Source: an uncultured virus (IMG/VR IMGVR_UViG_3300044638_007692)
Taxonomy: Duplodnaviria; Heunggongvirae; Uroviricota; Caudoviricetes
DNA: 64,000 nt
Reading direction: 5' to 3' (one strand)
Virus record (IMG/VR): IMGVR_UViG_3300044638_007692
Coordinates: 1 to 64,000 of that record
Each line of letters opens with the position of its first letter. Position 1 is the first letter of the stretch. The notes beneath the pieces are model-generated. The model did no database searches. It saw only the letters and a program-made list of their open reading frames with translations, and was not told the origin of the DNA. This document shows, one piece after another, positions 58,308-64,000 of this stretch. Both the position numbers and the translations under genes were made by a program.

Positions 58308-60197
58308 CTAAGCCTGTAGGTTTCCGCTTAACAACCACGAATTAGCTCCAAGTTTAATTAGAGAAGCTACTGCATAACGCTGCTTACTTGTATAGCGACT
58401 TCCTTCACTAAGAACACTAACTCCTGCAGCACCAGTAACACTGAAAACAGCACTACCTAATTGCGTCAAAACAATCTGAGAACCAGTGTCGAATGTATAT
58501 CCGCTAGTTCCATCTGCTGGAATAGTTACAACAGTAGGAGAAGAGCTGTTCAACTTGACTAAAGAAGCATTGTCATTAGCAGTAAGAGTTACAGAAGCTA
58601 AATACTGAGGACCAGTTAGATTAAAGAATGCAGGTCCAGTTGGTCCTTGAATACCAGTAGAGCCTGTAGGTCCAGTGCTTCCAGTAGGTCCAGTAGGTCC
58701 TGCAACTGTGCTATCAGCACCTGTAGGACCTGTAGGACCAATTAGTCCTTGTGACCCAGTAGGCCCTGTGCCTCCAGTAGGACCTTGAATACGTCCCACA
58801 TTTTGCCAAGTAGTTCCGTTCCAAACCCAAAGGTCACCTGTTGCAGAAACTACATAAGCATCGTTAATTTGATTTCCACTTGCTGGAAGATTTACGTCAA
58901 ATTGAACAGTACCTTTAAACTTAATAGAAGCACCCTGAGGACCAGTAGGACCTGTAGGTCCGATTTCTCCAGCACCAAGAACTAAGTTCCAACTTGCATA
59001 TGTATTTCCTTCACCATTTACCTTGTCCACAAACATGGTGATGCTTGTGCCAACAATTGTGGTGATGACACCTTCCATATAATCCTGAGGGAAGCTAGCA
59101 CTAGCTAAACGAGCTCGAGTTCCGACAGCAAAAGCATCAACTTTATTAACAATAAAGTTTTCAGATCCTAAAGAAACAGAAAGGTTGCTTGTAGATGTTA
59201 CTCCAGCAAAACTTGCTCCCGCTGAACCTGTAGGACCAGTAGGACCAGCACCTGTTGGTCCTGTAGGACCTGTTGGTCCTGGAATATTGGAAGCAGCACC
59301 AGTTGGGCCAGTTACAGATGGACCTGTAGGACCTGTAGGTCCTGGAATAGTAGAGGCAGCACCTGTGGCACCTGTAGCACCAGTCGCACCACGAAGACCA
59401 GCAGCACCAGTTGGACCTTCAGAACCAGTAGGGCCTGTTGCTCCTGTTGGACCTGTAGGTCCACCTGCAGGACCTGTCGGGCCAGAAGCACCAGTTGCAC
59501 CTGTCGCACCAGTTACTGACGGACCAGTAGCACCTACTGGGCCAGTAGGACCGACGAATCCGCGAGGACCAGTTGGGCCAGTAGCACCTTGCAAACCTTG
59601 TGCACCAGTTGGGCCAGTTGTACCTTCTTCACCTTGAGGACCAGTATTTCCGATTGGTCCAATAGGACCTGTAGGACCTCTTTCACCTTCAGGACCAGTT
59701 ACACCTTGTGCACCTGTAGGACCTTGTGGACCAGTAGGCCCAGTGATGTCAAAACCTCGAGGACCAGATGGGCCTGTATTTCCTTGTGGGCCTGTTGGTC
59801 CTGTAGAACCTGTAGGACCAGTTGGACCTAGAACTGTACTTTGAGGGCCAGTAGCACCTGTAGCTCCAGTAGGACCTTGGCTACCGCTCAAACTTGATGC
59901 AGACTCAACCCAGTAGTCATCAAAGTAAACATAAATTTTTCCAGTTGCAGTATTTAACCAAGCATCACCTGCAGAAGCTCCAGTTGGAGGAGTGTCTGAT
60001 GCTAAAAGAACAGTGCCTGTCGCACCTGTAGGACCAGTTACATTACTTGCTGCTCCAGTAGGACCTTGAGGACCAGTAGGACCAACAACTTGAGAAATAA
60101 CTAAGTTCCAAGAAGTTCCATCCCACTGCCAAGTTTGACTACCTGAAGTAAATAAATCGTTTGGTGTAGGAGAATTAGGAAAATCAATAGCTGCCAT
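58308..60197 (-). CDS. collagen-like fibre protein
   Basis: [10 protein letters not shown]...TWQWDGTSW; long G-X-T tract; C-terminal [21 protein letters not shown] domain. Confidence 0.8.
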   Translation of the reverse strand: MAAIDFPNSPTPNDLFTSGSQTWQWDGTSWNLVISQVVGPTGPQGPTGAASNVTGPTGATGTVLLASDTPPTGASAGDAWLNTATGKIYVYFDDYWVESASSLSGSQGPTGATGATGPQSTVLGPTGPTGSTGPTGPQGNTGPSGPRGFDITGPTGPQGPTGAQGVTGPEGERGPTGPIGPIGNTGPQGEEGTTGPTGAQGLQGATGPTGPRGFVGPTGPVGATGPSVTGATGATGASGPTGPAGGPTGPTGATGPTGSEGPTGAAGLRGATGATGATGAASTIPGPTGPTGPSVTGPTGAASNIPGPTGPTGPTGAGPTGPTGSAGASFAGVTSTSNLSVSLGSENFIVNKVDAFAVGTRARLASASFPQDYMEGVITTIVGTSITMFVDKVNGEGNTYASWNLVLGAGEIGPTGPTGPQGASIKFKGTVQFDVNLPASGNQINDAYVVSATGDLWVWNGTTWQNVGRIQGPTGGTGPTGSQGLIGPTGPTGADSTVAGPTGPTGSTGPTGSTGIQGPTGPAFFNLTGPQYLASVTLTANDNASLVKLNSSSPTVVTIPADGTSGYTFDTGSQIVLTQLGSAVFSVTGAAGVSVLSEGSRYTSKQRYAVASLIKLGANSWLLSGNLQA

Positions 60198-60211
60198 TAT
60201 CTACTCGCCTC

Positions 60212-60913
60212 CTATACCACTGACTCGTATGTGAATTGGACAAGAATCTTGTCATTACCGCTAAACAAAAATGGAGTGCTTTCAGTAACTGCTACACCTT
60301 CATCAAATGTTGCAGACTGTGAGTGCATAAACAATTCAATTCTGTTTGTAAAGTTATTGTTGAAAATTGCAGTTCCAAAGTAAGTAATACCTGGACCTTC
60401 ATCTCGCATAACCACTTGCCCTACAGGCTGGTAATTCTCGACGATACCGTTTGAAGGAAGGCTTAGAGAATAAGTTCCACTTCCTCTGTTAAATCCAGAA
60501 GTTCCAGCTTGAATTCTAATTTCTCCAAAAATTGTTGCACCTACATAGGTATATCTACCTTGAATAATTCCATTACCGATTTGCGGATTAGTTGTGCTGC
60601 CATACCAAACAGGTGTATATAAAGTCCAAGGTTCAATCGCGAAAGAACCTGTCGCACCTGTAGGTCCAATTGGACCAGGTGTAGTTGAAGGAGCTCCTGC
60701 TGGTCCTTCTGGGCCAGTTGGTCCTTGCGCACCTGTAGGTCCAGTTGCACCAATAGCTGTTGAGTCTGCACCTGCTGGTCCTGTAGGACCAGTAGGACCT
60801 TGAGCACTAGTACGAACTAGTCGCCAAGCAGTACCATCCCAAGAATAAGTGTTAACTCCATTTGTGTAAACCTGATTTAGCGTCGGGTTATTTGGAAAAT
60901 CAATTGCTGGCAT
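60212..60913 (-). CDS. short collagen-like protein with C-terminal receptor-binding-like head domain
   Basis: MPAIDFPNNP...YSWDGTAW; WTLYTP...GRYTYVG...YSLSLP head domain. Confidence 0.75.
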   Translation of the reverse strand: MPAIDFPNNPTLNQVYTNGVNTYSWDGTAWRLVRTSAQGPTGPTGPAGADSTAIGATGPTGAQGPTGPEGPAGAPSTTPGPIGPTGATGSFAIEPWTLYTPVWYGSTTNPQIGNGIIQGRYTYVGATIFGEIRIQAGTSGFNRGSGTYSLSLPSNGIVENYQPVGQVVMRDEGPGITYFGTAIFNNNFTNRIELFMHSQSATFDEGVAVTESTPFLFSGNDKILVQFTYESVV

Positions 60914-60934
60914 GTTATCTCCTCTCTGTCATTC

Positions 60935-63900
60935 CTAGTTCGATACGTAAGATCCTGTTAGATACAAAACTGCAGTTGTAGAAAGTGTAGTTGGCGCTGT
61001 TCCAGTTACCGCGGTCAACAGGCCGTTTGTTCCTTCAAACCAAATTTTCATAGTTGCAGAACCCTCGGTTTGAGTAACTGCTTTTACTCCATAAATTGCA
61101 CCAGTTTGAGAACCACTAATATCTAAAACTCCAACAGCAGTCACTACTTGAGCACCGTTTGGTAGGAATGGAAGAGTTACTGTTAATTGAGCAGCACTAA
61201 AAGTGGAGTTTGAATATACAACTCTAAGATAGAAAGAAACATCTTGACCATATTTTGTATACTCTCCAAACACATTTGGTGTACCAGTTACCCCACCAGC
61301 AATAGGAACATAAGAAGCTGAGACAGGAGTTCCTGTTGCTCCAGTAGGACCAGAAGGGCCTGTAGGACCAATTTTGTCTACAACTTCAATAATTCCACCA
61401 ATACTTGGATCTGTAACGTCTACATATACAAGTGAGGTAGGTGCATTTAAAGGAACATCGTAAATAATTGTTGTGTCAGCACTTGCACCAGAACGACCTT
61501 GAGTAGGTGAGTTATTAATAGTTCCTGGAACTGTTGAAGATGAGAACTGAGTTAGTCTCAGTGCAAATGGGTTAGCAGTTAAAACCTGACTTACATCAAT
61601 ATATAAACGCTCACCGCGAACTGCAATTAATGTTGGGTTGTTACCAATAATTCCTTCAACTGAGTAGGAGCCATTATCTCCAGTAGAAGTTACTTGATAA
61701 GTAACACCACCCTTAGGACCAGTAGGACCGAATGGACCTGTTGGGCCAGTAGGTCCCGGTTGAGTAGATGCAGGGCCAGTTGGACCTGTAACTCCCGGAC
61801 CAGTCGGACCTGTTGGACCAACAATTTGTCCTACGTTATTCCAGCTATCGCCATCCCAGACATATAAGTCACCATCAGCATCAACAGCACGACCATCATT
61901 GATAGTATTGCCAGTTGCTGGGAGATTACCAACAGTCGCAACGCTTGCCTTCATAGTGATTGAAGTACCTTGAGGACCAGTAGGTCCAGTAGGACCAGCT
62001 CCACCTGTTGGGCCAGTAGGGCCAGCTACTGTTGAATCAGCACCAGTTGGACCAGTAGGTCCAATCAAAGCACCAGCTTCAATCCATCCATTAGTTGCTG
62101 TGTAAATGTAGATGGTGTCTTCTTCGTAAATTACGTAGAAGTCTCCAACTTCACCAGAAGTTGCGCCAGCACCAGCGATGAACTCAGCGTATGTGTTGTA
62201 GTAACCCTTGGCTTGAGAACCAACACCTTGTGGACCTGTAGGACCAGTAACAATTGGTCCAGTAGCACCAGTAGCACCAGTTGGTCCTACAAATCGTCCT
62301 CTATCAGTCCAAGCTGTTCCATCCCAAATCCAAAGATTTCCTGAATCAGTAATGATGTATGCATCGTTAGTCTGATTTCCGCCTGTAGGTAGAAGAGATG
62401 ATGTATTTAGGTTTCCTCTAAATGTTAGAGAAGCACCTTGAGGTCCAGTAGGTCCTATATTTCCAACAGTTCCTTGCGGACCAGTAGGTCCAGTAGCGCC
62501 ACCAAATTCGGTACTACCAACTTCTACCCAGAAGTCGTCATAGTAAACAAATACTGCACCATTGTTTGTATCAAACCAAACTTGACCTGCTACTGGGTTT
62601 GATGGCGGAGTGTTTGCCTGTGGGATAAATTGACCGTCAGGACCTGTAGGGCCTACAAACTGTCCAGCATCGACCCAACCAAAACCATCCCACACATAAA
62701 GATTTCCATTAGAAACAACTACATAGCCATCATTGAGAGAGTTTCCGCCTGTAGGCAAAGCACCTACGTTTGCAACCTCTCCAAGAAGGCTTAGAGCTGT
62801 TCCTTGTGGACCAGTTGGACCAGTTGGTCCTGTTGGTCCAGTTACATTTGATGGGGCACCAGTTGCACCTGTGGCACCAACTTCACCCTGAGGTCCAGTA
62901 GAACCTGTAGGACCAGTTGGTCCAGTAGGACCAGTTACTTCTGGACCTGTTGGTCCTTGAGGACCTGTAATTCCTCGATAACCAGTTGGACCAGTAGGAC
63001 CTGTCGCACCCGCAGGTCCAGTTACAGTTGAATCAGCACCTTGAGGACCAGTAGGACCAGTAGGTCCTACAGGAGCTGCACCAGTCTCAATCCAATAACC
63101 GTCGTAATAGACGTAAGTTTTTCCGTTATTGCTGTTAAACCACGCATCACCGTTATTTGGATTTGTAGGTGGTGTTGTATCAGAGATTGCAAAATTACCA
63201 AGTTCACCTTGTGAACCTGTAGGACCAGTAGGACCTGCTTCACCAGTCGAACCAGTAGCACCAGTTGGTCCTTGAGGACCTTGAATGTTTCCAACGTTGT
63301 CCCACTCGGTGTTTACAGCATCCCAAACATAGAGATCACCAGTTACTAAGTAACCATCACCTGATGCTGGTTGAGTGTATTCAGCCCATCCAAAACCTAA
63401 ACCAGGTTGACCACCGACAGTCCAGCCACCAATGGCAGCAAGAATCCAAACTTGACCTGCATGTGTGACTAAGTCATATAGTCCATACATAGCAAAGTTG
63501 TCCCAGTCGGCAGGTGGGGTTGTGTATGTTGGGTTTGCAGCAATAAGAGTTGATTCATCTGGATAGGAACCAAGAATGGTTACACCAATACCAGCAATAC
63601 CCTGTGCACCAGTCGCACCAGTAGGACCAGTTACACCAATCTCACCTTGTGGACCAGTTACACCAATCTCACCTTGAGGACCAGTAGGACCAGTTACACC
63701 AATCTCACCTTGTGGACCAGTTACACCTTGTTCACCCTGAGGACCAGTTACACCTTGTTCACCCTGAGGACCTGTAGGCCCAGTGTCACCTTGTGGACCA
63801 GTTGCACCTGTAGCACCAGTTGGTCCTGCTTCACCTTGTGGACCAGTAAGTCCAAGCGACAATGTAACTAATTCATCATGAGTAAATGAGCCATAACCTG

Positions 63901-64000
63901 TGTAAGAAGTTACGTTAAAAACTACATAACTTCCAGGTGTTGTCTCATTAGTAGCAGTTCCAGCTACACAAGAAGTAATCTCATATGTGGCGTAAGTACC
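60935..64000 (-). CDS. 5'-truncated long collagen-like fibre protein
   Basis: The frame stays open from 63862 to the window end ([14 protein letters not shown]...ELVTLSLG); many GPT tracts and knob modules; C-terminal GEYTKYG...LPF head domain. Confidence 0.8.
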   Translation of the reverse strand, partial: GTYATYEITSCVAGTATNETTPGSYVVFNVTSYTGYGSFTHDELVTLSLGLTGPQGEAGPTGATGATGPQGDTGPTGPQGEQGVTGPQGEQGVTGPQGEIGVTGPTGPQGEIGVTGPQGEIGVTGPTGATGAQGIAGIGVTILGSYPDESTLIAANPTYTTPPADWDNFAMYGLYDLVTHAGQVWILAAIGGWTVGGQPGLGFGWAEYTQPASGDGYLVTGDLYVWDAVNTEWDNVGNIQGPQGPTGATGSTGEAGPTGPTGSQGELGNFAISDTTPPTNPNNGDAWFNSNNGKTYVYYDGYWIETGAAPVGPTGPTGPQGADSTVTGPAGATGPTGPTGYRGITGPQGPTGPEVTGPTGPTGPTGSTGPQGEVGATGATGAPSNVTGPTGPTGPTGPQGTALSLLGEVANVGALPTGGNSLNDGYVVVSNGNLYVWDGFGWVDAGQFVGPTGPDGQFIPQANTPPSNPVAGQVWFDTNNGAVFVYYDDFWVEVGSTEFGGATGPTGPQGTVGNIGPTGPQGASLTFRGNLNTSSLLPTGGNQTNDAYIITDSGNLWIWDGTAWTDRGRFVGPTGATGATGPIVTGPTGPQGVGSQAKGYYNTYAEFIAGAGATSGEVGDFYVIYEEDTIYIYTATNGWIEAGALIGPTGPTGADSTVAGPTGPTGGAGPTGPTGPQGTSITMKASVATVGNLPATGNTINDGRAVDADGDLYVWDGDSWNNVGQIVGPTGPTGPGVTGPTGPASTQPGPTGPTGPFGPTGPKGGVTYQVTSTGDNGSYSVEGIIGNNPTLIAVRGERLYIDVSQVLTANPFALRLTQFSSSTVPGTINNSPTQGRSGASADTTIIYDVPLNAPTSLVYVDVTDPSIGGIIEVVDKIGPTGPSGPTGATGTPVSASYVPIAGGVTGTPNVFGEYTKYGQDVSFYLRVVYSNSTFSAAQLTVTLPFLPNGAQVVTAVGVLDISGSQTGAIYGVKAVTQTEGSATMKIWFEGTNGLLTAVTGTAPTTLSTTAVLYLTGSYVSN
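63624..63770 (-). repeat. 27-bp tandem repeats encoding GPQGE(Q/I)GVT
   Basis: GGACCAGTTACACC(AATC/TTGT)TCACC repeated five times. Confidence 0.85.

Noticed and set aside
42569..60803. Plus-strand ORFs reading [11 protein letters not shown] opposite the collagen genes
   Set aside because: They are antisense shadows of GGN-CCN-ACN repeats, which are nearly self-complementary in frame
63624..63770. Regular 27-bp repeats as a CRISPR array
   Set aside because: They have no unique spacers and are in-frame collagen coding repeats
1..64000. Stop-codon reassignment, diversity-generating retroelement, inteins, integrase or transposase
   Set aside because: Genes tile densely in the standard code and end in TAA, TAG and TGA; no reverse transcriptase, template/variable repeat pair, intein termini or recombinase motifs were seen
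47604..64000. Eukaryotic origin or contamination suggested by collagen and Gly-rich domains
   Set aside because: The genes are intronless, tightly packed, SD-led and contiguous with phage genes; the G-X-T collagen is of the prokaryotic/phage type

Overview
The window is a 64-kb piece of a large tailed dsDNA phage (Caudoviricetes). No tail sheath gene is visible, so the tail is probably long and non-contractile. Two whiB genes, actinophage-type head and tail genes and candidate leaderless starts point to an Actinomycetota host. The AT-rich composition (by eye) suggests a low-GC freshwater actinobacterium, which is inference only. The + strand (1-37651) carries: the 3' part of a giant multi-domain protein (Nudix remnant, PI3K/HipA-like kinase, WYL-like, SH3-like, ART-like); a multi-domain prohead protease; major capsid; tail tube; neck genes; a frameshifted tail chaperone; tape measure; Dit and hub; a chaperone-cleaved tail fibre; then a replication/recombination block (PolA, RuvC-like, SNF2, Cas4-like exonuclease, Sak4-like ATPase, DUF669), a GT-B-like protein, DUF6378 and two WhiB. 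The - strand (37644-64000) is a convergent 26-kb block of modular Gly-Pro-Thr collagen-like proteins, two giant Gly-rich virion-type proteins, a beta-propeller and a subtilisin. It ends in a methyltransferase, a GT2-TPR glycosyltransferase and a flavin-dependent halogenase. The top candidates for novelty are (1) this collagen-fibre plus modifying-enzyme locus, resembling a BclA/exosporium-like glycosylated virion coat, (2) the multi-enzyme head-region protein, (3) recurrent putative cleavage motifs at domain boundaries of head proteins, (4) a structured capsid-gene leader with an anti-Shine-Dalgarno, and (5) apparently nested domain insertions in Dit. All product calls come from motif recognition by eye; no database searches were run.
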